DNA of 64,000 nucleotides from the IMG/VR virus record IMGVR_UViG_3300030110_005581; one strand, 5' to 3'. A model generated the notes under the pieces. The model worked only from the letters and a program-made list of their open reading frames with translations, was not told the DNA's origin and made no database searches. Below, piece after piece: positions 8,624 to 17,312 of the stretch; position 1 is the first letter of the stretch; each line of letters begins with the position of its first letter. Position numbers and translations under genes: made by a program. The DNA is from a virus.

Positions 8624-9385
8624 CTAGCTTCCAAGCAAATCGGCAAATGCCTTATCCACTGATGTGCCGCTTTCACCGCCTGTGTCAGTGTTGTACTTGG
8701 TAGTTTCAGTCGAGTTTGCTTCTGGTTCCTCGTTGCCCAAGAGGAACTCATCCAACATCGCCTGCACCTCTGTAAAAGATTTGCGGCTAGCCGAAAACAG
8801 CTCTTCGAAGTCTGGAACATTTTCTAGAAACTCCGCACAACGCTCAGGCTCCTTACACAGAGTCGAACTGCGCCGGCGGGGCGTCAGTTGAGTCACGGGG
8901 AAAGTTGCACCTGCGGGCTTACCATAGGTAAGCACCAGATCCGTACCGCTCTCCGCGTCTGTAATGTCTCCATACTCTGGATTGAGTACTAGATTTAGAA
9001 GGGTTTCATAGACCGTCTTTCCAAACCCCCAAACTCGCACACCCTTATCTTCTTCGCCGCGGACGACGACCGGTGCAAAAAAGCGTTGACGTGCAGAAAG
9101 CTTCTTTGCCATTCTCTTGCTGTCTTCCGTGCCCTCTTGCCAAAGCTGTCGGACAAAGGAATCTAGCGGGCAATCTTCCCCAAAGTTCCTCTTTGGGCTC
9201 AGAAAGCCAGGATTGTCACCCACATTATAGTGGAACCAATAATCCTTAAACGGATCTCCGTCTTCTGTGGGAACAATCCGAATTGTTTGTTCTCCGTCTT
9301 GTGGGCGCCAAAAGCGATTATTGTTGCCCCCCTTATTCTCAAGTGCGCTTTTACGCTCTCTCATTTTTTTTAAATCAATACCCAT
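8624..9385 (-). CDS. gp32: single-stranded DNA-binding protein (T4 gp32-like)
   Basis: RFWRPQDG..IRIVP, F-DYWFHY, RQRFFAPVVVRG, VWGFGKTVY, YGDITDAESGTDL and an acidic tail ending FADLLGS; AAGGAG RBS; adjacent to the recombinase. Confidence 0.85.
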   Translation of the reverse strand: MGIDLKKMRERKSALENKGGNNNRFWRPQDGEQTIRIVPTEDGDPFKDYWFHYNVGDNPGFLSPKRNFGEDCPLDSFVRQLWQEGTEDSKRMAKKLSARQRFFAPVVVRGEEDKGVRVWGFGKTVYETLLNLVLNPEYGDITDAESGTDLVLTYGKPAGATFPVTQLTPRRRSSTLCKEPERCAEFLENVPDFEELFSASRKSFTEVQAMLDEFLLGNEEPEANSTETTKYNTDTGGESGTSVDKAFADLLGS

Positions 9386-9439
9386 TTTTTTCTCCTTTGT
9401 AAGTCAGCGCGATAACTCTCTCGCACTGCTGATTTTTCT

Positions 9440-9468
9440 ATAATACTATAAATCTATTTCTTTGTCAA
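9440..9468 (-). promoter_or_regulatory. sigma70-like promoter for ssb, TTGACA-N17-TATTAT, followed by a 5' hairpin (9404-9432)
   Basis: tgtcaa 9463-9468, ataata 9440-9445; leader stem TCAGC..GCGA/TCGC..GCTGA. Confidence 0.7.
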
Positions 9469-10312
9469 GCCTAAAATTATCATTTTGTACGACCGAACTA
9501 CTCAATAATCCATAAATATATGGAACATCATAGGTCGTCGAATAAACTCCATAGCTGACTTTTATTTTATCATACTGTTTTAAAATTTTAAGCTGTCCTG
9601 AAATATTTTTCATTAAAGACCCGTCAGTTTTTAACATTTCCTCGGGGATGCCATAATAATAACACTTGTCGCGAGGGATGTCAAGATCAAAAAACATTTT
9701 TTCTTCGCCAGATTCATATGAAACCAAGCTAAATGTTGAGATCCTGGTGGTTTCGACTGATTCGTCAAATGTTTCTAATTCCGATTCAGAATTTTTAAAA
9801 ACATTTATCATGTGAATGGTTGAGGATATTAGTTGGTTGATGCGACCATACATCTCTCTAAGTGGCACATCGCCCACGATCTCAGAAAGCCGAACGTTGT
9901 CAACCAAATATATGCGCTCAAAAAGGGCCGACCTAGCATACTGTTGAAGAACTCCAAAAATCAAATTATTATTCTTTGATTTCAATTCAGGAAGTAGTGT
10001 TCGGTCTGGTCGGACATAGAGGACACTTATTTTGCATTTGTGTTTTATTTGCTCAAGGATTCGGAGCGTAGCTGCCGAAATCTTCCCACAGCTTGTAATA
10101 AAAAGAACCTCCCCCTTAACGTATCTAAAAAATTTTTTAAGGTCGGGGCAGCTGCTTTCATATTCTTCTAGCGTCTTACACTCTGGAAATGGGAAACAAT
10201 TTTTTGCCTTCTCCAGGTTTTTATCAATTTTATATATTTTATATTGAGGGTATTGGGCGAAGCTATCTGCTATGTTGCAGCCTGCCTCACCCAAGCCAAT
10301 AATCGATTTCAT
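9446..10312 (-). CDS. divergent tubulin/FtsZ-like protein lacking the GGGTG(S/T)G signature
   Basis: N-terminal IIGLGEAGCNIA (T1-loop GxGxxGxN), YKID, VLFIT, VLYVRP and YLVDNVRL follow the tubulin/FtsZ order; signature loop replaced by SCGKISAA. Confidence 0.65.
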   Translation of the reverse strand: MKSIIGLGEAGCNIADSFAQYPQYKIYKIDKNLEKAKNCFPFPECKTLEEYESSCPDLKKFFRYVKGEVLFITSCGKISAATLRILEQIKHKCKISVLYVRPDRTLLPELKSKNNNLIFGVLQQYARSALFERIYLVDNVRLSEIVGDVPLREMYGRINQLISSTIHMINVFKNSESELETFDESVETTRISTFSLVSYESGEEKMFFDLDIPRDKCYYYGIPEEMLKTDGSLMKNISGQLKILKQYDKIKVSYGVYSTTYDVPYIYGLLSSSVVQNDNFRLDKEIDL

Positions 10313-11496
10313 ATCTTACACTCCCTCATCTCTCCAAAGCTCTTTCCACATGAAACATTGACTTTGAACTTGCCTAATTCCGTTGTGGCAAAAATCTCAT
10401 GTAAATCGCTAACAAGGCCCTTATCTTCTTCGTGAAAATCTATAACCAGAGAGTCGTGGAGGCAAAACGCAATTGTAGATTTTTTACCTTTTAACGCGTG
10501 AGCAACCTTGATCATTTGCCTTAAAAACAAATCTGCGGCCGTCGATTGAATGATATAGTTTAGAGCATGGTGCTCATCAGCTTCAATTGTTCTGGAAAAA
10601 AAGGTTGTCACCTGGCCCTGAGTGAAGTACTTTTTTACCACCGCGTCTCTGTCATATTCTTTATTTAAAATATGATCCTGGGATTTTGGATTATAGAGCC
10701 ATGCAAATATTCTTTTCTTAGCCTCATCTCTCGTTCTTGTCACAACATCTTCAAAGACATTATTCATGTTCCAGGCATGAACATCCTCTTCTGGCTGCTG
10801 TTTTCCTAAGAGCGCCATCATGACACGAAGCTCTGCTGCGTTATAATCCATCTCTAGGAATATGTGGTTGTTGGGCTTCATAATATTACGATAGCCTTTG
10901 TGTAGCGTTAATATTGGAAACTGCGAGGCTGTCAGCCTACCAGTCTTTGTGCCTTCCGCTTCGTAGTGAATATAGGGCTCCACGCTTTTGATTTTTTTAA
11001 GGAATTGTCTTACCTTAAACTCATGCTGTCGAGCTTTTAGTGGTGCTATATCAATATTTAATTTTTGATTTTTTATCGACGTCAGAACTTTTGCCAACTC
11101 TAGTCGGAATTCATAATCATTAGGCTTTTCGTAGTTCTGTAGTACATGAGCTGTAATGTCGTTTTTGATTTTTCCATATTTTAGCAACACATGATCTGGC
11201 AATAAATCAAAATAACAATAATCATTTAACCTTAACTTTGCTTCTCGGGTGGAAGTGTGAAAAGCCTGCAAGCTCCTTTTTAAGGACTCCCACTCGGATT
11301 GCAGTCGCGGGGGACAGGCCTCATCTAAGGATTTCCCACCACAGTAATATTTAGCATATTCCACGCCCTCATTCAAAAAAGACTCGGAAAAGTCCCACGT
11401 ATGAGTAAGCTGTGATGGGACCTCTTCTTTGTAAATTTCACCATCTACATAAATTGCTATGCAGTCTCTTTTGTCATCAAAAGTTTGAAATATCAT
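10309..11496 (-). CDS. polA: minimal family A DNA polymerase-like protein
   Basis: TKTGRLT, motif A EMDYNAAELR, motif B RDEAKKRIFAWLY, ALNYIIQSTAAD, motif C LHDSLVID; only 395 aa, no recognisable exonuclease motifs. Confidence 0.8.
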   Translation of the reverse strand: MIFQTFDDKRDCIAIYVDGEIYKEEVPSQLTHTWDFSESFLNEGVEYAKYYCGGKSLDEACPPRLQSEWESLKRSLQAFHTSTREAKLRLNDYCYFDLLPDHVLLKYGKIKNDITAHVLQNYEKPNDYEFRLELAKVLTSIKNQKLNIDIAPLKARQHEFKVRQFLKKIKSVEPYIHYEAEGTKTGRLTASQFPILTLHKGYRNIMKPNNHIFLEMDYNAAELRVMMALLGKQQPEEDVHAWNMNNVFEDVVTRTRDEAKKRIFAWLYNPKSQDHILNKEYDRDAVVKKYFTQGQVTTFFSRTIEADEHHALNYIIQSTAADLFLRQMIKVAHALKGKKSTIAFCLHDSLVIDFHEEDKGLVSDLHEIFATTELGKFKVNVSCGKSFGEMRECKI

Positions 11497-11515
11497 GCTG
11501 TATTTGTGCTACCTT

Positions 11516-12922
11516 CTAATCTTCGTGGTCATGACCATCGACTGAACCTTGCTCGGCCTCTAAAATTTCCCCAAACGTAAATACTTCATCATTTGACTCT
11601 GGCTCTTTAAATCCGGATAATGTTACTTTATCACGTTCTTCATAAGAATGCAAGCCAGAAGTTGTACTTTTTCCAAAATATTTTATTTTTTGAGGATACT
11701 TGGCGTTTTTGTTCTTCTTGTTCTTTACATATATGTCCGATTGCATGGTAGCTTTTTCTAATATCTCCATGGCGCGCTCAAGGCCATGCACACTATTCGC
11801 TTTTAAAATTTTATCTAATTTTATTTTATACTGTCGAGCTGTTAATTTTTTCCCACTCTCCGCCAGTCGCATTTCAAAATAATAGGGCAAGAAAAAAGAG
11901 TTGGGATATTTTGATTGAAATTCTTGCTCAAACTCATCTGATATTAATTCTAATGATCCTTCACGATAAATAGTTTTAAATTGCCCCGCAGCAACTTCTG
12001 CCCATGAGGGCGCATAGCAGTTTTTGGTGCCATAAAGCATCCCGTAAGAGGCCGTGTCATCATCCTCACTGTAAGATTTATATGCATACCACATCCTAGC
12101 TTTAAAATCCTCAAAAGAATAAAGCTCTGATTTATAGAAGTAATCTTCAAAGACAGTGTTATTTTTGTAAGAAGTCCCAAACGCATTCATATTTTTTTCC
12201 GTCACAGGGTGGTCCATGTTTACGGCAAGGCGCCAGGGGCAGTTTTTATCAACATAAAAGCCGTTCACGGCTGCCACCTTAACGTAGTCAGTAAAAGACG
12301 GCTTAGACAGGTATTCAGCCTGCTTGTCGGCATCATCAGAAGCATTTAAGTCCGCAATTTCAATAATAAGCCCACTTGCAGCATGGGGGCAGAGGGGCGA
12401 CATAATAAAGCCGGTCCTCGATACTGGAAGGGTGCTTTTTACAGTAAAAGTAAAATTTACAAACTCTCTAACAAAGCCATCAAAATTTTTTATGCGGCGC
12501 CGCCGAGAGGCGATAACATAGTCGTTTATAAAAACATCATAAACCGCCCCAACAAAGTGGTCCTGATATAGTTTGTGAACATTTTTTAGACCAGACATGG
12601 GGATAAAGCCATTTGGAAACAAGTCTCGAAAGCGACTGAGTTCGGTTCGCAAATTATAATCCACAATGTTTTTCAGATCATTAAAAGCTTTGGCCGCAAA
12701 GTCATGGACTAAGATTAATCCCTGGCCCGGCAGTTGGGTCATGTTAATTTCAGTTGGATAAATGGGGACGCCTTTTTTGTTAACTTTTCCATAAAAAGGC
12801 TTTTCATAAATCATATCAAGAGGGATCGGATCATATACTGTAAAAGCTTTTTGTTTATATTCTAGGCGCTCTTCAAATGCAAGCGTGCTGACTAGATTGT
12901 TTTTTCCTTCAAACGATGACAT
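11516..12922 (-). CDS. hypothetical protein (tail/baseplate operon)
   Basis: 468-aa ORF with RBS, directly downstream of the hub-like gene. Confidence 0.7.
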   Translation of the reverse strand: MSSFEGKNNLVSTLAFEERLEYKQKAFTVYDPIPLDMIYEKPFYGKVNKKGVPIYPTEINMTQLPGQGLILVHDFAAKAFNDLKNIVDYNLRTELSRFRDLFPNGFIPMSGLKNVHKLYQDHFVGAVYDVFINDYVIASRRRRIKNFDGFVREFVNFTFTVKSTLPVSRTGFIMSPLCPHAASGLIIEIADLNASDDADKQAEYLSKPSFTDYVKVAAVNGFYVDKNCPWRLAVNMDHPVTEKNMNAFGTSYKNNTVFEDYFYKSELYSFEDFKARMWYAYKSYSEDDDTASYGMLYGTKNCYAPSWAEVAAGQFKTIYREGSLELISDEFEQEFQSKYPNSFFLPYYFEMRLAESGKKLTARQYKIKLDKILKANSVHGLERAMEILEKATMQSDIYVKNKKNKNAKYPQKIKYFGKSTTSGLHSYEERDKVTLSGFKEPESNDEVFTFGEILEAEQGSVDGHDHED

Positions 12923-12939
12923 TAATTATTTTCCCCTCA

Positions 12940-15900
12940 TTATTTGCATCGGCCAACGTGGCGACGAATTTTAGTGCCTGCTTCGTAGCAATTTCCATCA
13001 ACAAGTTCATATTTTTTGCCGCTGCGGGCCCAAGCACCCAGTCGATCGACCTGTGGGATTGACTCTGCTCTCACTTGAGCCTTATAGCGAGCTAGCTCTT
13101 CTTGTTCTAATTTTTGGAGCGCCTGCACAGCTTCAGTAGTGTTCTTATTTTTCGCTAGTGCATGATCGGGTATTTGCAGAACGCCCCTTATTTTTGTTTC
13201 CCAACGATCTGATCTAAAGTTGCTTGTGACTTCAGTTACAATATAATAGCCGCCATTTAGAATTCCATTGTTTTTAAATTCACCACCACTGATTAGATCA
13301 GTGTTTACATAAAACATTTGGCCAATATAAAAGAAGGGATTACCCACCATGGTCACCTCGCACACAAACTTCGAGGGCTGAATTATGCCTTCGCGGGAGC
13401 TTTGGGCTCCGCCGGCTTGACCATTCCGCATCAATGCCATGGAAAAAAGGTTGTTATTGGCTTGCGTAAAATTAATTCTTTTCATAATTCCACGTTGAGG
13501 GCCTCCAACAAAAAAGTGAAATATTCCTTTTTTCTCGTCTTCTTGCATATTGCCATTGTATATTGAAGATCCAGTTTTTGATACCCGTTTGTGGGCGTGA
13601 AATAGAAAAGTACTTGAAGTGTTCTTTATCTTGTCCACCGAAAGTGTGTTTAAATCCTTGGCTTTGTTCTTATCGCCTTTTCCATCTAAGTGTATTACAT
13701 CTAAGGTGGAGCCATTTTTTGCTTTTGTCAGCTTTTTTATTTGATCTGCAGGCAAATCAAGCGAAGTTACATCCATTTTAAAACTCACTGGCATTAATTC
13801 AGCGTCCATAAACTCGGCAGATTTACCAAATACATTTTGAGTCTTATCCATCACAAACTTAATCAAATCAAACGTGAATTGCAAAAAAGGATAAACGGCG
13901 CGCCCCGTACCAACAATTTTCTGAGCAATAAAGACATGAAATATCTCTAAAGAAATTGGTAAATCGTACAAGCTCATGCGAACAACTTGATCGTTAGCTT
14001 GTGGAATATCATATTCTCCTAGAAGAAGTTTGAAATTGGGGGACTGTTCGTTTAACTTCTTTCCAAAGTTTCCATTTTCCAATATAACTGTTAAAAGATC
14101 CCCCAGGCGGAAAAAATATGTTTTGGCCCCTTTTTTGTATTTTGGTTTCTGATTTTCCCACAAGGTAGCATCGCCATGTTCTGTGCGTCGGCGCCTAGTA
14201 ACGACCGAAGACTTGGCTCCTGCTCTAGATTCCTGATCTATTGCGTCCTGTGTCTGCTCCCTCAAAGAAAGCGGCTCTAGGCGCAGACGCTCAAGGGGGA
14301 CAAGAGAATCTGAGATGGTCAACTCTTCCCCCAAAATGCCTGTATCGCCAAGAGTACTGCTATCAAATAGCGAAAGCCCAGAGGCCCCTTTTCTTGTCTT
14401 TTTCTTTCCTCTGTATCTTCTTTTCAAGCGCGGGCGACCAGACAATAGATCCCCAACGTGAAAAGCTTTAAGCGGAGTGCCTCCCTGGCGCATCGCTTTA
14501 GCTCTCGCCTCCGCAAGCTTCTGTTTATCCCCGTCCTCTTCAGATCCGCCATATTTTTGAAGAGCTTTTAGGAGGCTATTATAGTTGCCAAAATTTGTGC
14601 CGCGGCCAGTAGATATATATGCTAATTTGTTTTGTTCCTGGAGCCTTTCGACATAAGAAAAAAGATATTTTCCCTTAATAGATTTTTGATATTTTTTTAA
14701 TTCATTGCGAAGCTTGGTTATCGCCCTTTTTAATCTTTTCGCCTTTCTTGATCTTGCGGTCTTTTCATATCGCTTTCTTAGCTTTGCTAATTTAGCTTCA
14801 TTTTCTCTCTCAAGCTTGCTTTTTTCAAATACAGTTTTGTTCCTTGTTACTTCTTCTAATTTCTTCAGGGGAGAATTTTTTCCGCTGTCGCTTGAAAATT
14901 TTATATATGCCTTATCAAGCCTTCTTAGTGCGGCTGTGACATTTGCAAAGGCCTTTTTTTTGTCAGCAGATGTTGCGCGCTCCATAGCTTTTCGGGATGC
15001 GGCTAAGCCCTCTATAGCTCGCTCAATTTCCAAAATATTTTTAAAGGCGCGCTGAGTTCCTCCGTTTTTTGTAAAACCTCCGCTAGCGAATTTATCTTCT
15101 GCCGCTCGTATTTTTTGTTTAATCTCATCTACGGTGTTGTCTTTCTCGTCGGGTGAAACTGCCGCATTCAAAATATCAGCATCCCCAAAAGCGGTCTCAA
15201 GGGCACCTTTATACTTTGCAGTCAGAATAAGAGAGCCATTTTCGTTAAACTCCATACTGTGAGTATAAAGGTCTGCAGCTATCGACATTTTAGAGCCTAA
15301 AACTGCACCAACGAAACCCGGATTTTGATCGAGAAAGTTGTCAGCTTGAGGTTCCATCGCCCATCCCAAAACAAGCCTTATCCTAAAAGCTCTTTGAGTA
15401 AAATCATTATAATCCTTATTCCACTTAGGAAAGCGAATCAAATCAGCATATGAAGTCTGCTCGCTATTTCCTTTAAGGGGGGCGAGGGATAAGGGCTCAA
15501 ACAAGGTCTTAACATCGTTAAAATAATATTTCACAACAATATCTAAAACGTTTGCAGAAACCGGGTTACGGCCCCTGCCCTCCATTTTTATATCCACCTG
15601 TTGAATTCCAGCCTCAGTGCCGCGAAACAAGCGCCCAGATTTTTTGATTGACTGGCTCATGTCATCCCAATTTGTCAATGAACCAAATGGGAAGGTGCGC
15701 TCTTCCATATTTTTAATTCCGCCATTACCCTTACTAATATAAACTTTGTGTATTTCAATGTGAGGCACAAGCTGGCTATAATCTAGCGAACCACCCTTAA
15801 AGAAGTCAAGTATCTGCGGACTTGTGGTTAAAAAATTGACTGGAGAGTTTCCACTCTGTTTCGGCAATTTTAATTTCTTAATGTAACCACTTTGCTTGTG

Positions 15901-16062
15901 AAAATCTCGCAACGGAGTATTAACTTCATTGGCCTTAAGCATTAGATAACCCTGCTTAAACCATGGCAAGCGAGTGTTCTGGCTATAAACTCTGTCGGCC
16001 CGCTTCCCTGGTGGGTTGCAGTTTTTTGAAACAGATTTTTTTGTATTTTTCTTTTTTGCCAT
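12940..16062 (-). CDS. large baseplate hub-like protein (gp27/gp44/late-control-D-like C-terminus)
   Basis: C-terminal VTMVGNPFFYIGQMFYV...GGYYIVTEVTSNF...WETKIRG is typical of hub beta-barrels; position after the LysM/gp53-like gene. Confidence 0.6.
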   Translation of the reverse strand: MAKKKNTKKSVSKNCNPPGKRADRVYSQNTRLPWFKQGYLMLKANEVNTPLRDFHKQSGYIKKLKLPKQSGNSPVNFLTTSPQILDFFKGGSLDYSQLVPHIEIHKVYISKGNGGIKNMEERTFPFGSLTNWDDMSQSIKKSGRLFRGTEAGIQQVDIKMEGRGRNPVSANVLDIVVKYYFNDVKTLFEPLSLAPLKGNSEQTSYADLIRFPKWNKDYNDFTQRAFRIRLVLGWAMEPQADNFLDQNPGFVGAVLGSKMSIAADLYTHSMEFNENGSLILTAKYKGALETAFGDADILNAAVSPDEKDNTVDEIKQKIRAAEDKFASGGFTKNGGTQRAFKNILEIERAIEGLAASRKAMERATSADKKKAFANVTAALRRLDKAYIKFSSDSGKNSPLKKLEEVTRNKTVFEKSKLERENEAKLAKLRKRYEKTARSRKAKRLKRAITKLRNELKKYQKSIKGKYLFSYVERLQEQNKLAYISTGRGTNFGNYNSLLKALQKYGGSEEDGDKQKLAEARAKAMRQGGTPLKAFHVGDLLSGRPRLKRRYRGKKKTRKGASGLSLFDSSTLGDTGILGEELTISDSLVPLERLRLEPLSLREQTQDAIDQESRAGAKSSVVTRRRRTEHGDATLWENQKPKYKKGAKTYFFRLGDLLTVILENGNFGKKLNEQSPNFKLLLGEYDIPQANDQVVRMSLYDLPISLEIFHVFIAQKIVGTGRAVYPFLQFTFDLIKFVMDKTQNVFGKSAEFMDAELMPVSFKMDVTSLDLPADQIKKLTKAKNGSTLDVIHLDGKGDKNKAKDLNTLSVDKIKNTSSTFLFHAHKRVSKTGSSIYNGNMQEDEKKGIFHFFVGGPQRGIMKRINFTQANNNLFSMALMRNGQAGGAQSSREGIIQPSKFVCEVTMVGNPFFYIGQMFYVNTDLISGGEFKNNGILNGGYYIVTEVTSNFRSDRWETKIRGVLQIPDHALAKNKNTTEAVQALQKLEQEELARYKAQVRAESIPQVDRLGAWARSGKKYELVDGNCYEAGTKIRRHVGRCK

Positions 16063-16077
16063 CGTAAGGAACCTTGT

Positions 16078-16410
16078 TTAGCCTCTGAACATATTTAAGA
16101 CCTGTTCGATTGGCTTTGGAATCATCACCAACTCCCCAGCTTCAAAATCAGTTTCTAGAGGTTTCTGATTAAACCATGGAATGACCCACCACAGTGTGGC
16201 ATCTCCATAGTATTTGTCTGCTAATTTATAAAACCGCATTCCAACGCCCCAATATTCTTCATCATAATCTAACTCATCAGACCATGTAAATTCCGCTGTT
16301 GCGTATTGATCAATATAATCTATTTCTCGCGAAGTTAATTGTTTAACATAACTTGGGTCAGTATTGCGAAAAATGTCTCTGTTTTGATATCTTGAAAATC
16401 TATATGCCAT
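16078..16410 (-). CDS. LysM-like baseplate wedge protein (gp53/tail X-like)
   Basis: LADKYYGDATLWWVIPWFNQ...AGELVMIP pattern. Confidence 0.75.
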   Translation of the reverse strand: MAYRFSRYQNRDIFRNTDPSYVKQLTSREIDYIDQYATAEFTWSDELDYDEEYWGVGMRFYKLADKYYGDATLWWVIPWFNQKPLETDFEAGELVMIPKPIEQVLNMFRG

Positions 16411-16421
16411 TATTATTACCT

Positions 16422-17294
16422 CTACTTCTTCTTATTAAGACTTTTCTTGGTGCTTTTATTCTTTAATCTTGCTTTTGCGCCGGCTACAATTGGTTTTGGG
16501 CGCGGCTGCGTTTTTAAAACCTTTGGGGTTGTGCCGCCGGCTCCAGATTTACCCTCTGTGGTTTCCGGGGCTAGCCCATCAGGCACGCGCGTTGAAGACT
16601 TTTTGGAGCCAACTGAATTAGGGTCAACAACACCAGTATTATATGGAAAATTTGCCCCGTACCCATCAGCACTAAAAACACTCTTGTCTCCGACAACTGA
16701 CCATCCGACCGGCTTATCGTGAATAACTTGGAATGAAAAGCTAACTTTTATTTCACGCGGTAGGGCGCGAATAAAACTATCTTTATCTTTCCCACCGTAA
16801 GCCATGTTTGTGGCTAGTTTGCCAAGCCCATGACTAAAACCACTAATATAGCCTGTGATACCCTCGCCTCCGTCATCCCCAGTAGAAGAAAAGCTACCAA
16901 AATACTGTCCGTATTTAATTCTGAAAAACGGTGGCGCCTTAAGTAGCGCCTGCTGGCCTGGTTCCCCCACTTCCTCATAGGCTGGGTAAAGCATTTGCGT
17001 TACCTCATTGACTGCCTGAATATTGTCAATTACGCCATCCATGCCCTCAATAAAGTGGTGCGCCTGGCATGAAAAGCCTATTCGCATAGTGCGCGTGGTG
17101 CTTGAAAAAGTGGCAATAGGGTCCATTCGCCCATAAACGTCTTCTTTTTTGTAATTTGGTGAAAATTGCTGACTGACTTGCAAATTTTGTACTGGTATGG
17201 CAACGCCTGGATGGGTAATATGTAAAGGAATAATCCACAGCGCTTTATATGCTTGCTTTTTTTCATTTCTAGTTGAAAGTGGTTCTGTTGCCAT
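16422..17294 (-). CDS. tail tube initiator/baseplate protein (gp48/gp54-like)
   Basis: VYGRMDPIATFSSTTRTMRIGF and PPFFRIKYG...GYISGF; located directly after the tape measure gene. Confidence 0.6.
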   Translation of the reverse strand: MATEPLSTRNEKKQAYKALWIIPLHITHPGVAIPVQNLQVSQQFSPNYKKEDVYGRMDPIATFSSTTRTMRIGFSCQAHHFIEGMDGVIDNIQAVNEVTQMLYPAYEEVGEPGQQALLKAPPFFRIKYGQYFGSFSSTGDDGGEGITGYISGFSHGLGKLATNMAYGGKDKDSFIRALPREIKVSFSFQVIHDKPVGWSVVGDKSVFSADGYGANFPYNTGVVDPNSVGSKKSSTRVPDGLAPETTEGKSGAGGTTPKVLKTQPRPKPIVAGAKARLKNKSTKKSLNKKK

Positions 17295-17312
17295 TTATGT
17301 TTTCCTCTTAAT

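Noticed and set aside
9446-10312. Calling the tubulin-like gene PhuZ and inferring a phage nucleus
   Set aside because: The GTP-binding signature is absent, and no chimallin or PhiKZ-type RNAP genes are visible; the structural module is T4-like.
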